Source of the DNA: an uncultured Mediterraneibacter sp.
Lineage (GTDB): Bacteria; Bacillota; Clostridia; Lachnospirales; Lachnospiraceae
Length of the DNA: 53,460 bases
Assembly (NCBI GenBank): GCA_944377775.1
Contig: CALWFY010000164.1
Span: 1 to 53,460, forward strand
Direction: 5' to 3'
The translations under genes were made by a program, and so were the position numbers. Of this stretch, positions 31,415 to 41,690 are shown piece by piece (the stretch's first letter is position 1; each line of letters begins with the position of its first letter). Below the pieces are notes generated by a model. The model saw only the letters and a list, made by a program, of their open reading frames with translations. It ran no database searches and was not told the DNA's origin.

Positions 31415-32284
31415 ATGACAATTTTTCAGGAAACTTATACATTAGAAAATGGAGTGAAAATCCCGAAACTGGCGCTGGGCACCTGGCTGATGGACAATAA
31501 AGGCGCAGAGGAAGCAGTAAAAAATGCCATTTCCATCGGATACCGCCACATTGATACAGCTCAGGCATACGGAAATGAGCAGGGCGTGGGCGAGGGTGTG
31601 CGCTGTTCCGGAATAGACAGAAGCGAAATCTTCGTGACATCCAAGGTGGCTGCAGAGCATAAAAGCTATGAATCAGCCATGGCATCCATAGATGAGTCTT
31701 TAAGGACAATGGGCTTTGAATATATTGATCTGATGTTGATTCACAGTCCTCAGCCGTGGGCGGATGTCAATCAGTCTGACAACAGGTATAAAGAGGAGAA
31801 TAAAGAGGTGTGGAGAGCTATGGAGGACGCTCTTAAGGCGGGAAAAGTCCGTGCCATTGGTATATCCAATTTCCTGAGAGAAGACGTTGAAAATCTTATG
31901 GAATCCTGCACGGTAAAACCAATGGTCAATCAGCTGCTTGCCCATATCACAAACACACCGTTTGAGCTGATTGATTACTGCAGAGAGCAGAACATTGTCG
32001 TGGAGGCGTATTCACCGGTTGCTCACGGGGAAGCGCTCAAGAATCAGGAGATCGTTCAGATGGCTGAGAAATACAGTGTTTCACCCGCACGGCTGTGCAT
32101 GAAATACGATCTTCAGCTGGGGTTGGTTGTCCTCCCGAAAACAGAAAATCCGCTTCATATGAAAGAAAATGCAGACATGGATTTCGTGATTTCGGACGAA
32201 GACATGGACATTCTGAAAAACCTGGACCACATTAAAGATTACGGAGAGAGCAGCTTTTTCCCGGTGTTCGGCGGGAAAATGTAA
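31415..32284 (+). CDS. Aldo/keto reductase
   Basis: LGTW, GYRHIDTAQAY, FVTSK, DLMLIH, IGISNF. Confidence 0.95.
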   Translation: MTIFQETYTLENGVKIPKLALGTWLMDNKGAEEAVKNAISIGYRHIDTAQAYGNEQGVGEGVRCSGIDRSEIFVTSKVAAEHKSYESAMASIDESLRTMGFEYIDLMLIHSPQPWADVNQSDNRYKEENKEVWRAMEDALKAGKVRAIGISNFLREDVENLMESCTVKPMVNQLLAHITNTPFELIDYCREQNIVVEAYSPVAHGEALKNQEIVQMAEKYSVSPARLCMKYDLQLGLVVLPKTENPLHMKENADMDFVISDEDMDILKNLDHIKDYGESSFFPVFGGKM

Positions 32285-32302
32285 GAAGAGGAGGAGTTTA
32301 TC

Positions 32303-32779
32303 ATGTCAAAGAAACTTGTTGCTTATTTTTCTGCCAGCGGCGTGACAAAAAGAGCTGCAGAACGGCTTGCCAAGGCCGCGGGGGCAGATTTGTTTGAAAT
32401 CAGACCTGCGGTTCCGTATACGGATGCTGATCTGAACTGGATGGATAAGAAAAGCCGCAGTTCCGTGGAGATGAATAATCCGGCATCCCGGCCGGAAATC
32501 GCAGAACGGCTTGAACACATGGAAGAGTATGATACCGTGTTTATCGGATTCCCGATCTGGTGGTATGTGGCGCCCACGATCATCAATACTTTTTTAGAAA
32601 GCTATGATTTTTCCGGGAAAACGATCATTCCTTTTGCAACTTCCGGAGGAAGCGGCCTCGGTCGGACTGTGGAAGTATTAAAACCCCTGTGCGATCAGAC
32701 GACAAAATGGCTTCCGGGTAAAATGCTGAACCGCGTTTCAGATAAACAGTTGGCAGAATGGGTTTCCGGTCTTGAATAG
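32303..32779 (+). CDS. Flavodoxin-like protein
   Basis: YFSASGVT, GFPIWW, FATSGGS. Confidence 0.92.
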   Translation: MSKKLVAYFSASGVTKRAAERLAKAAGADLFEIRPAVPYTDADLNWMDKKSRSSVEMNNPASRPEIAERLEHMEEYDTVFIGFPIWWYVAPTIINTFLESYDFSGKTIIPFATSGGSGLGRTVEVLKPLCDQTTKWLPGKMLNRVSDKQLAEWVSGLE

Positions 32780-34130
32780 AAACAGTGAAAAAGCGGCCGC
32801 AGCCATGTTCTCCAATAGAGATTTAAAGAACCTGATTATTCCGCTGTTTTTAGAACAGTTGCTTGTTGCCCTGGTGGGCATGGCGGACGTTTTTGTGGTA
32901 GGATTTGCAGGGGAGGCGGCGGTATCCGGCGTGTCGCTTGTAAATTCGTTTAATACAATATTCATCAATCTTTTTATAGCCCTGGCTTCCGGTGGGGCTG
33001 TTGTGATCAGCCAGTATATCGGCAGAGGGGAGAACAGTGAAGCTGGGAAAACTGCTGCTCAGCTTCTGACAGCATCCGTCCTGTTTTCCGTGGTATCCTC
33101 CGCTGTAATCCTGACGGCAAATGTGCCTCTCCTGCGGCTGATGTTCGGACGAGTGGAAAGCGACGTGATGGAAGCCTGTGTCACTTATCTGAGAATCTCC
33201 GTATATTCTTATCCCGCACTGGCTATCTACAATGCGGGAGCAGCGCTTTACCGCAGTTTTGGCAAAACCAGTACGACCATGTATATATCAGTTATTGCCA
33301 ATGTCATCAATGTGGCAGGAAACTGTATCGGCGTCTTTGCTCTCAATGCAGGAGTGGCCGGGGTGGCATGGCCTTCTCTGATTGCCCGGACTTTTTCTGC
33401 TGCAGTCATTACGGTATTGTGCTTTTCTGCAAAAAATCCGGTGCGATATACAAAAACATGGATTTTTAAACTGGACAGTGCTCTGCAGAAAAAGATTCTG
33501 CGGATTGCTGTCCCAAATGGGGTGGAGAGCGGGGGTTTCCAGTTTGTAAAAGTAGCGCTTTCCAGTGTTGTCGCTTTGTTTGGAACTTATCAGATTGCGG
33601 CAAACGGGGTGGCGCAGAGCATCTGGAGTATGGCTGCTCTGGTCTGTGTGACAATGGGGCCTGTTTTTATTACTGTCATCGGGCAGTGCATGGGTGCCGG
33701 TGATATTGAGCAGGCAGAGATGTATTTTAAGAAGTTGACAAAGATTACGATCATGTTTGCTGCCGTCTGGAATGGCCTGATTTTTGCTGCAACCCCGGTT
33801 GTGATGTCCTTTTATGCACTTTCAGAGGAGACAAAGCGTCTGACGATTCTTCTGGTGCTGATACACAATATATTCAACGCCATTGCCTTTCCGTTTGCCG
33901 ATCCGCTTGGGAAAGGGCTGCGGGCGACCGGGGATGTGAAGTTTACAACAGTTGTTTCCCTGATTACAACGATAGGAGTCCGGCTGGTATTCTCTGTGCT
34001 GTTCGCTGTTGTCATGAATTTTGGCGTAATAGGAATTGCCTGGGCGATGTGCCTGGACTGGGTGATCAGAGGAATCATCTTCTGGTGGAGGTTCCGGCAG
34101 AATAAGTGGAAAGAGTTTCGGGTGATATAA
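32772..34130 (+). CDS. MATE family efflux transporter
   Basis: Multiple TM segments; GEAAVSGVSL, SQYIG, GLRATGD. Confidence 0.92.
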   Translation: MNRNSEKAAAAMFSNRDLKNLIIPLFLEQLLVALVGMADVFVVGFAGEAAVSGVSLVNSFNTIFINLFIALASGGAVVISQYIGRGENSEAGKTAAQLLTASVLFSVVSSAVILTANVPLLRLMFGRVESDVMEACVTYLRISVYSYPALAIYNAGAALYRSFGKTSTTMYISVIANVINVAGNCIGVFALNAGVAGVAWPSLIARTFSAAVITVLCFSAKNPVRYTKTWIFKLDSALQKKILRIAVPNGVESGGFQFVKVALSSVVALFGTYQIAANGVAQSIWSMAALVCVTMGPVFITVIGQCMGAGDIEQAEMYFKKLTKITIMFAAVWNGLIFAATPVVMSFYALSEETKRLTILLVLIHNIFNAIAFPFADPLGKGLRATGDVKFTTVVSLITTIGVRLVFSVLFAVVMNFGVIGIAWAMCLDWVIRGIIFWWRFRQNKWKEFRVI

Positions 34131-34149
34131 AATACACCTTTGTGACATA

Positions 34150-34252
34150 GATTAAAAATACGTTCCCGGAAGCTGTATCATAACGCAAAACCGTTCCGCA
34201 CCTCACTTAAAGTTTTGCTTATATGATACAGTTTCCGGGAACTTCTTTAATC
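34150..34252. repeat. Long imperfect inverted repeat
   Basis: gttcccggaagctgtatcat..gcaaaac / gttttgc..atgatacagtttccgggaac with outer gattaaa/tttaatc. Confidence 0.8.
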
Positions 34253-34396
34253 AAGTCAGAAAATCTGCATTTTGCAGCCCGCGGTATAAGTTCCCAGGCG
34301 GAAGAGCCTGCCGGTCTCAAATCAGCCATGCAAATATATCATTCTTGTACAGACCGACAGCTGAAAGTATATGAAACTTCAGTTTGCAGGAAATAA

Positions 34397-34480
34397 GATA
34401 TCCGCAGAACTATGCTGCATGAGCGGCTCGTAGAGCGCAGCGGCCCGAAGCCGCGATGCAGTCATAGTTTTGCGGATATC
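34397..34480. repeat. Second long inverted repeat
   Basis: gatatccgcagaactatg-ctgcat / atgcag-t-catagttttgcggatatc with inner gcggct/agccgc. Confidence 0.8.
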
Positions 34481-34557
34481 GTATGTCATGGAAATTAAAG
34501 TTTCAATTACTCTCAGCTGTCTATCTGTATGAGAAAGATGTATTTTGCAGCGCTATA

Positions 34558-35937
34558 CTATTTCAGGAAAAACCGCACCATTTTCTCATGCAGTTTCCGA
34601 TAGGGCTGATACCGCATCGGCAGGTCAATCCAGGTCTTTTTATCTACAATACTCTTATAGTGGGAGAATGTGTCAAAACCAATTTTTCCGTGGTAAGCAC
34701 CCATGCCGCTTTCGCCGAATCCTCCAAATCCCATTTCCGTGGTGGCCAGGTGAATGATGGTGTCATTATTACATCCTCCGCCGAAGCCGCAGCGGGAAGT
34801 GACTTTCTTTGCCGCCATTTTGTCGGAGGTAAAGAAGTAAAGCGCCAGAGGATGGGGCATGGCATTGACACGGTGAATTACTTCGTCCAGACTGTCAAAA
34901 GTCAGGATTGGCATGATCGGTCCGAAGATTTCTTCCTGCATGACAGCATCAGAGAAGGTTACATTGTCCAGGACAGTGGGTTCAATGCGGAGTGTTTTCC
35001 GGTCAGAATTTCCGCCATGCACGACTTTCTTTTCGTCAATCAGTCCCAATATCCGGTCAAAATGTTTTTCATTAATGATTTTGCCGTAATTGGAATTTCG
35101 GAGCGGCTGTTTGCCATACTGTTTCTGAATCTGTTTTTTTACTTCTTTTATCAGCTTGTCTTTGACGGAGCGCTGACAGTAGATGTAGTCAGGTGCAACG
35201 CAGGTCTGCCCGCAGTTCAGATATTTCCCAAACACAATGCGTTTTGCCGCAAGGCGGATATTTGCGGTCTGATCCACGATACACGGGCTCTTTCCGCCCA
35301 GTTCCAGGGTGACGGGCGTCAGATGTTCCGCTGCATTTCGCATGACTTCTTTTCCTACAGCCTGGCTGCCGGTAAAGAAGATATAGTCAAAATGTTCCCG
35401 CAGAAGACAGGTGTTTTCCGCGCGTCCACCGGTAACCACGGCCACATACTGAGGCTCGAAGCACTCAGACAGAATGTTGACGATGACATCGCTGGTGTGC
35501 GGAGAATAAGCGCTGGGTTTGACCACTGCGGTATTTCCTGCTGCCAGTGCGTCCACCAGAGGAGAAAGTGTCAGCATGAAGGGATAATTCCACGGACTCA
35601 TGATCAGGGTTACACCATAAGGTGATGGTTTCTGGAAACTCCGGGAATGAAACTGTGCCAGCGGTGTACGGACAGTTTTTTCTCTGGCAAATCGCTTCGT
35701 ATGCTTCAGCATGTAGCTGAGTTCTTCCAGAACCATGCCGGTCTCACACATATAGCTTTCAAATCCGCTTTTCCCAAGGTCTTTCCGAAGGGCGTCGTGA
35801 ATTTCTTTCTCATGTTTGGAAATGGTATCGTATAATCTTCCAAGAGCGGTGAGCCGTGCATTGACCGGAAGGGTGGCTCCGGTCTGAAAATATTTTCTTT
35901 GTTTGGCTACAAGGCTGTTAATTTCCTGTTCTGTCAT
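34558..35937 (-). CDS. Aldehyde dehydrogenase (ALDH3-like)
   Basis: PWNYP, FTGS, LELGGKSP, GQTCVAPDY, EEIFGP. Confidence 0.95.
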   Translation of the reverse strand: MTEQEINSLVAKQRKYFQTGATLPVNARLTALGRLYDTISKHEKEIHDALRKDLGKSGFESYMCETGMVLEELSYMLKHTKRFAREKTVRTPLAQFHSRSFQKPSPYGVTLIMSPWNYPFMLTLSPLVDALAAGNTAVVKPSAYSPHTSDVIVNILSECFEPQYVAVVTGGRAENTCLLREHFDYIFFTGSQAVGKEVMRNAAEHLTPVTLELGGKSPCIVDQTANIRLAAKRIVFGKYLNCGQTCVAPDYIYCQRSVKDKLIKEVKKQIQKQYGKQPLRNSNYGKIINEKHFDRILGLIDEKKVVHGGNSDRKTLRIEPTVLDNVTFSDAVMQEEIFGPIMPILTFDSLDEVIHRVNAMPHPLALYFFTSDKMAAKKVTSRCGFGGGCNNDTIIHLATTEMGFGGFGESGMGAYHGKIGFDTFSHYKSIVDKKTWIDLPMRYQPYRKLHEKMVRFFLK

Positions 35938-35939
35938 GT

Positions 35940-37187
35940 TCAGTTTTCCCCTTTCTCAACGATATTTTCTGCGGAAGTTTCTCCGGATTCGCTCATCAGT
36001 TTGCGATAAAAAGGCTCCAGTTCCGATGCACTCATCAGGACAGGGACCGGGTAGAGAGGATTGGCCTCTTTATCGGCGTAGTGCGCCAGTTTGGGAATGT
36101 CTGTCTCACGGATTTCCGGGATATGATCGCCGATGCCAAAGCGTTTCTTCATGTCTTTGACAGCCTGGATGAAGCGTTCGGCAGCTTCCTCGCAGGGGGT
36201 GTCTTTATCAGCAAGACTTGCAGCCATGGCAAGGTGGGACAGTTTCTTGTAGATTTTCTCGCCGTAGGCCTCCAGGATCATGGGGAGGATTACCGCATTG
36301 GCAAGACCGTGGGGAACATTATATTCTCCGCCCAGGGAATGAGCGATGGCGTGTACATATCCTACATAAGATTTGGTAAATGCGCACCCGGCATAAAAAG
36401 ATGCGTGCAGCATATTGCGGCGTGCTTCCACGTTGCTGCCATCCTCATACGCTGTGTCAATGTTCTCAAAAATCAGTTTCACAGCAAGAAGGGCGTCCTT
36501 GCGTGTCCCGTAGGTGGTAGAATTTCCGATATAAGCCTCCACAGCGTGAGTAAGGGCATCCATGCCTGTGGTTGCAGTGATAAACGGCGGAAGGCTTAAG
36601 GTAACCTTGGGGTCCAGAACCGCATACCTGGGGATCAGCGGGAAATCGTTGATGGCATATTTATAGCGGGTCTGCGCATCCGTGATGACTGCTGCCAGTG
36701 TGGTTTCGCTTCCGGTGCCTGCGGTAGTGGGAACAGCCATCAGAAGGGGAAGCCTTTTGTGTACTTTTAAAATTCCTTTCATTTTTGCCAGAGACTGCTT
36801 TGGCTTGGCAATGCGGGCACCTACTGCCTTGGCGCAGTCCATGCTGGAGCCTCCGCCAAAACCGATGATGCAGTCACAGCCATTGTCCAGGTAAAGGTCC
36901 ATGGCTTCGGATACATTGGCAGTAGTAGGATTAGCAACGGTTTTATCATAGATACAGTAAGAAATCCCGGCACTGTCAAGCGATTTTTCCAGCCGGCGGG
37001 TCAGTCCAAGTTTTCGGATGCCTGCGTCAGTAATGATCAGGACTTTGCTGCATTTTTTCTTTTGAATGACTGCCGGAAGGGCTTTTACACTGCCGACAAT
37101 TTTTGGTTTTCGATAGGGCAGGAACGGCAGAGCTATTTTTAATCCTGTCTGAGAAGTCCTGCAATATACTTTTTTGAGATGGTTCAT
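35940..37187 (-). CDS. Iron-containing alcohol dehydrogenase
   Basis: GGGSSMD, PTTAGTGSE, DALTH, HAIAH, PHG. Confidence 0.95.
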   Translation of the reverse strand: MNHLKKVYCRTSQTGLKIALPFLPYRKPKIVGSVKALPAVIQKKKCSKVLIITDAGIRKLGLTRRLEKSLDSAGISYCIYDKTVANPTTANVSEAMDLYLDNGCDCIIGFGGGSSMDCAKAVGARIAKPKQSLAKMKGILKVHKRLPLLMAVPTTAGTGSETTLAAVITDAQTRYKYAINDFPLIPRYAVLDPKVTLSLPPFITATTGMDALTHAVEAYIGNSTTYGTRKDALLAVKLIFENIDTAYEDGSNVEARRNMLHASFYAGCAFTKSYVGYVHAIAHSLGGEYNVPHGLANAVILPMILEAYGEKIYKKLSHLAMAASLADKDTPCEEAAERFIQAVKDMKKRFGIGDHIPEIRETDIPKLAHYADKEANPLYPVPVLMSASELEPFYRKLMSESGETSAENIVEKGEN

Positions 37188-37439
37188 GATAACAAATCCT
37201 TTCCGGTGCGAAAGTATTGCGCATCTTATTTATATATTTCACCTGAAAAATATTAGCAGTTGCGTTGGAGTTTGTCAATAAATCAGGGGGTGTAGGAGCA
37301 GTGCGGAATCAGTTCTATATGCCTATGGGTTTCATGGAAGTTCTCATTCAAAAAGGAGTCTGTGTATGTTAAAATGGATTTTAGAAATTCGGGTTTGACA
37401 AATGACGTTAAAAATAATGCAGGCAGACGGAGGAGCTTT

Positions 37440-38651
37440 ATGAAGTACGATTTTACATCAATTATGGACCGCAGGGGCAGAGACGCCCTTGCCATAGACA
37501 GTGTGGGAGAAAAGATGTGGGGCAATGAACCGGAGAAACCACAGGATGGATTTGATTTTATCCCTATGTGGGTGGCGGATATGAATTTCCCCACATGCCC
37601 TTCGGTTACAGAAGCAATCATAAAGAGGGTACAGCATCCTGCTTTCGGGTATTTCCGACCCACTGAGGAGTATTATGATTCCATCATCAAATGGCAGAAA
37701 GATCATTTTGGCGTGAACAGCCTGGAGAAAGAGCATATCGGCTATGAGAACGGAGTGCACGGCTGTGTGACAAGCGCGGTTCAGGTGCTTTCCGAACCGG
37801 GAGACAAGATTCTTATCCACAGTCCGTTTTATCTCGGATTCCGTGAAGATATCGAGGGTCTGGGCCGGACATCCGTCTACACTCCGCTGAAAAAAGACAG
37901 CAGTGGGATATGGAGGATGGATTATGAAGACATGGACAGGAAGTTAAAGGAGAATCATATCCATCTCGCAATTTTCTGTTCGCCTCATAATCCTACCGGA
38001 CGAGTATGGGAACGCTGGGAACTGGAAAAGGCGATGGAGGTCTATGAGGCGAATGACTGTTATGTGATCAGTGATGAGATATGGGCTGACCTTACATTTT
38101 CCGGACATGATCACATCCCGACACAGATGACAAATGACTGGGCAAAGGAGCATGTGATTGCAGCTTATGCACCCAGCAAGACGTTTAATCTGGCGGGGCT
38201 GATCGGAAGCTATCACATCATATACAGCGAGTATCTGAGGGACCGTGTCTGTGGTCACGCCCATGCGACACATTATAATGAAATGAATGTGCTCTCCATG
38301 CACGCTCTGATTGGGGCATATCAGCCCCAGGGATATGAATGGCTGGAAGAATTAAGGACCGTGCTCCAGGAAAATGCCCGATATGCCGTGGATTTTATCC
38401 GGGATCACTTTGATGGGGTGGATGTGGCATGTCCGCAGGGAACTTATATGATCTTTCTTGATTGTACAGAATACTGCAGAAAATCCGGAAAGTCGATTGA
38501 TGAAGTATTAAAAGAAGGATGGAAAGTGGGCGTTGGCTGGCAGGATGGAAGAGCGTTCGGCGGGCCCTGTCATATCCGGATGAATCTGGCGTCGCCGAAG
38601 TCAAGGATCGCGGAGGCGTTTGAACGGTTGGAGGGATATGTATTTTTATGA
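37440..38651 (+). CDS. PLP-dependent MalY/PatB cystathionine beta-lyase family protein
   Basis: PMWVADM, PHNPTG, SDEIW, SKTFN. Confidence 0.92.
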   Translation: MKYDFTSIMDRRGRDALAIDSVGEKMWGNEPEKPQDGFDFIPMWVADMNFPTCPSVTEAIIKRVQHPAFGYFRPTEEYYDSIIKWQKDHFGVNSLEKEHIGYENGVHGCVTSAVQVLSEPGDKILIHSPFYLGFREDIEGLGRTSVYTPLKKDSSGIWRMDYEDMDRKLKENHIHLAIFCSPHNPTGRVWERWELEKAMEVYEANDCYVISDEIWADLTFSGHDHIPTQMTNDWAKEHVIAAYAPSKTFNLAGLIGSYHIIYSEYLRDRVCGHAHATHYNEMNVLSMHALIGAYQPQGYEWLEELRTVLQENARYAVDFIRDHFDGVDVACPQGTYMIFLDCTEYCRKSGKSIDEVLKEGWKVGVGWQDGRAFGGPCHIRMNLASPKSRIAEAFERLEGYVFL

Positions 38652-39450
38652 AAAAGTTATTTGCTGTTCTGTTCGGGATAACTATAGCGACTGTGTTGAG
38701 CGGCTGCGGAGAAAGGACCCAGATCAAGCTGCCGTTTGGGCTTTCGAAAGTGCATTGTGTTGAGATGTACCGTTATACTGTACCAGCTGATGCCGAGAAG
38801 AAGATCGCAGAGGAACCGGAGGACATTGAATCAATATATTCTCTGTTTGCCAATCAGAGAGTAAAAGTCAAAACCGCAGAAGATGATGATACCGTTGGCG
38901 GTGAGACAGTAAGTTTCAGGTTTCATCTTATGGATGATACAGATTATGAGATCAGCTATCATTATGGAGGGAGGAGAAACGGGAGTCTCCGGCTGCTGAC
39001 AGAGGAAAAGGAGTTTACTGCGTCCGTGGATGTAGGCGCATGCTGGGATGACTGTGACTGTGAAGCCTCTGAGGCAGAGGAGAGTGAGCTGCCCGGTTTG
39101 CAGAGCGCCAAACTTTCGGATGAAGATGAGAGTATGATAGATGGAACGGAGTTGAAAACGGGTGTTTACACAGCTGAGGGATTTACCAGTACTTTGAACC
39201 GAGGATAGAACTGTATAAGGATAATACAGCTGTGTTTACGTATTCGGTGTGCTCCAGCGAAATTCCCATGGGAAAGATCACAATAGAAGACAGTAGGCTG
39301 ATACTGACAGATGAAGTGATCCAGAAAGAGTATATTTTTTTGATTGACGGGGATGCGTTGATATTTGAAGCGGACGAATCAGCGGAAGTACCGCGTTTGG
39401 ATGAGAATACTGTTACAGACGGGGCGAGGTTTATTCGTTCGGAGGATTAA
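38648..39450 (+). pseudogene. Lipoprotein split by a frameshift near 39195
   Basis: Lipobox VLSGC; after stop at 39208 another frame (FEPRIELYKDNTAVFTYS...) reads openly into ORF 39232..39450. Confidence 0.6.
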
Positions 39451-39490
39451 GGAGGAGGTATCTCATTAAGAGTCAACTGGATTGGACATG

Positions 39491-39532
39491 AGAACCGAAC
39501 TTCACTTGATTGTGGAGTTCGGTTCTTTTTTA
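39491..39532 (+). terminator. Rho-independent terminator
   Basis: agaaccgaacttcac-ttgatt-gtggagttcggttct + T run. Confidence 0.85.
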
Positions 39533-39673
39533 TGTACTGAGATATAAAACTTCCGGAAACGGCAATAATAAGCGGGGAAACATTTAAAATATAATAGAAT
39601 TGTTGCCGATGGCGTGATATAATATATACTGGATTAGTAAAAATAGAGTTTGCAGATAAACGGAGAAAATCAG

Positions 39674-40564
39674 ATGCGATATCTTTCAGTTAATGAAATA
39701 TCGAAAAAATGGAATGTGTCGGAGCGCAGTGTAAGGAATTATTGCGCTCATGGGCGTGTAGAAGGGGCATGTCTTACCGGTAAGACATGGAATATACCTG
39801 AGAATGCTGAAAAACCAGAGCGTTCCAACAAGAGAAAAGAACAGCCGATTACTTTACTGGATATTTTGAAAGAGCAGAAGACAAGCAAATACCCCGGCGG
39901 CATTTACCATAAGACACAAATTGATTTAACATATAATTCAAACCATATGGAGGGAAGTCGTCTAACCCATGATCAAACCAGGTATATTTTTGAAACCAAT
40001 ACTATCGGTGTGGAAAATGAAGTGCTGAATGTGGACGATGTGATTGAAACAGTAAATCATTTCCGTTGTATTGATATGCTTATTGATCATGCAAAATCCG
40101 CTTTGACTGAGAAGTTTATTAAGGAATTGCATCTGATTCTGAAAAGTGGAACCAGTGATTCCAGAAAAGATTGGTTTGCTGTGGGAGATTATAAGAAACT
40201 GCCAAATGAAGTGGGCGGTATGGATACCACACTTCCGGAAGAAGTTTCCGATAAGATGAAAGCTCTGTTGAAAGAGTACAATGCTAAAGAAGAAAAGACC
40301 TTTGAGGATGTTCTGGATTTTCATGTGAAGTTTGAAAAAATCCACCCCTTCCAGAATGGCAACGGCCGTGTGGGCAGACTGATCATGTTCAAAGAGTGCC
40401 TGAAATATAATATTGTTCCGTTTATCATCGAAGATAATCTGCAACCGTTCTATTATCAGGGATTGAAAGAGTGGGGTAACGAAAAAGGATATCTGACAGA
40501 TACCTGCCTGACAGTACAGGATAAGTACAAAGCGTATTTAGATTATTTTAGAATCCAGTATTAA
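39674..40564 (+). CDS. Fic family protein with N-terminal HTH
   Basis: HTH (WNVSERSVRNYC), inhibitory-type SNHMEG, Fic motif HPFQNGNGRVGR. Confidence 0.9.
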   Translation: MRYLSVNEISKKWNVSERSVRNYCAHGRVEGACLTGKTWNIPENAEKPERSNKRKEQPITLLDILKEQKTSKYPGGIYHKTQIDLTYNSNHMEGSRLTHDQTRYIFETNTIGVENEVLNVDDVIETVNHFRCIDMLIDHAKSALTEKFIKELHLILKSGTSDSRKDWFAVGDYKKLPNEVGGMDTTLPEEVSDKMKALLKEYNAKEEKTFEDVLDFHVKFEKIHPFQNGNGRVGRLIMFKECLKYNIVPFIIEDNLQPFYYQGLKEWGNEKGYLTDTCLTVQDKYKAYLDYFRIQY

Positions 40565-40586
40565 AGCAAGGAAACGAGGTGCAGCT

Positions 40587-41690
40587 ATGTCAGCGGAAAA
40601 AAACTGGCAATTTGAACTTGAAGAATATATCAAACAGGGTGAACCCGGTCAAATTGAAAAAAGTGAAGCATGGCAGACTGCAATCGGACTGCAGGCTGTA
40701 GATGGTCTGGAAATCTCTGCATATCTGCTTGATACGGCCAAGGAACATATTGAGGGGAAAATCAGTATTGACGAAGCTCAAAAGCGCATTCAAAGCTATT
40801 ATGAGCAACGTACTGATCGAATTGAAATTGAAAATGATACAAAAGAAGCGGATATTGTATCGACAAGAATTGCAAAGCTGTTGGGGGAAAAAACATTTCA
40901 GTTTTCGCCAGCGGAATGGTTTACCATTCACCGGAGACTGTTTGAAGGTGTATTTTCCCACGCCGGTCAGATCAGAGAGTACAATATTATGAAAAAAGAA
41001 TGGGTGCTGAAAGGCGATACTGTCACCTATGCGGCATGGAACAGTATCAGAGATACTTTGGATTATGATTTTTCAACGGAGAAGCAGTTCTCATACGAGG
41101 GATTATCTGTGGAAGATTCCGTAAAACATCTGGTAAAGTTTGCATCTGATATTTGGCAGATTCATCCTTTCTGTGAGGGAAATACCAGAGCTACGGCTGT
41201 TTTTATGATTAAATACATGAAAACATTTGGCTTTAAGGTGAATAACGATGCTTTCGAGAAAAACTCTTGGTACTTTCGTAATGCGTTAGTAAGAGCAAAT
41301 TACAATGATCTGCAGAACGGTATTCACGCAACAACAAAGTTTTTGGAAATGTTCTTCAGTAATTTGATTCTCGGAACGGAATATGAACTCAAAAACAGAT
41401 ATATGCATGTGGACTATGTTTCGGGACAGAATGCTAATGACGTGCAAAGTGCAATGGAAAGTATTTCAAAGGGCAAAATTTGCACTTTGAATTGCCCTTT
41501 GGATGAGCTGGCTATTCTTCAGCTGATTATGGAGAATCCCAATATTACGCAGAAAGAAATAGCAAATAAAATTGGGAAATCGGAAAGAACAGTAAAAAAT
41601 AAAATTGCTTCATTGAAAGAAAAGGGATATATTCAAAGGTTAAACGGTAAGCGAAATGGTAAGTGGGAGATACTTATAGATTTAAGTTAG
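40587..41690 (+). CDS. Fic family protein with VbhA-like N-terminus and C-terminal HTH
   Basis: AIGLQAVDG, HPFCEGNTR, C-terminal ITQKEIA..SERTV winged helix. Confidence 0.9.
   Translation: MSAEKNWQFELEEYIKQGEPGQIEKSEAWQTAIGLQAVDGLEISAYLLDTAKEHIEGKISIDEAQKRIQSYYEQRTDRIEIENDTKEADIVSTRIAKLLGEKTFQFSPAEWFTIHRRLFEGVFSHAGQIREYNIMKKEWVLKGDTVTYAAWNSIRDTLDYDFSTEKQFSYEGLSVEDSVKHLVKFASDIWQIHPFCEGNTRATAVFMIKYMKTFGFKVNNDAFEKNSWYFRNALVRANYNDLQNGIHATTKFLEMFFSNLILGTEYELKNRYMHVDYVSGQNANDVQSAMESISKGKICTLNCPLDELAILQLIMENPNITQKEIANKIGKSERTVKNKIASLKEKGYIQRLNGKRNGKWEILIDLS

Noticed and set aside
34483-35625. 380 aa plus-strand ORF
   Set aside because: Antisense shadow of the aldehyde dehydrogenase; no motifs of its own.
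39449-39496. Orphan RBS followed by LRVNWIGHEN, resembling IKILFICHGN of the PTP
   Set aside because: No start codon, low nucleotide identity and overlap with the terminator; probably chance.
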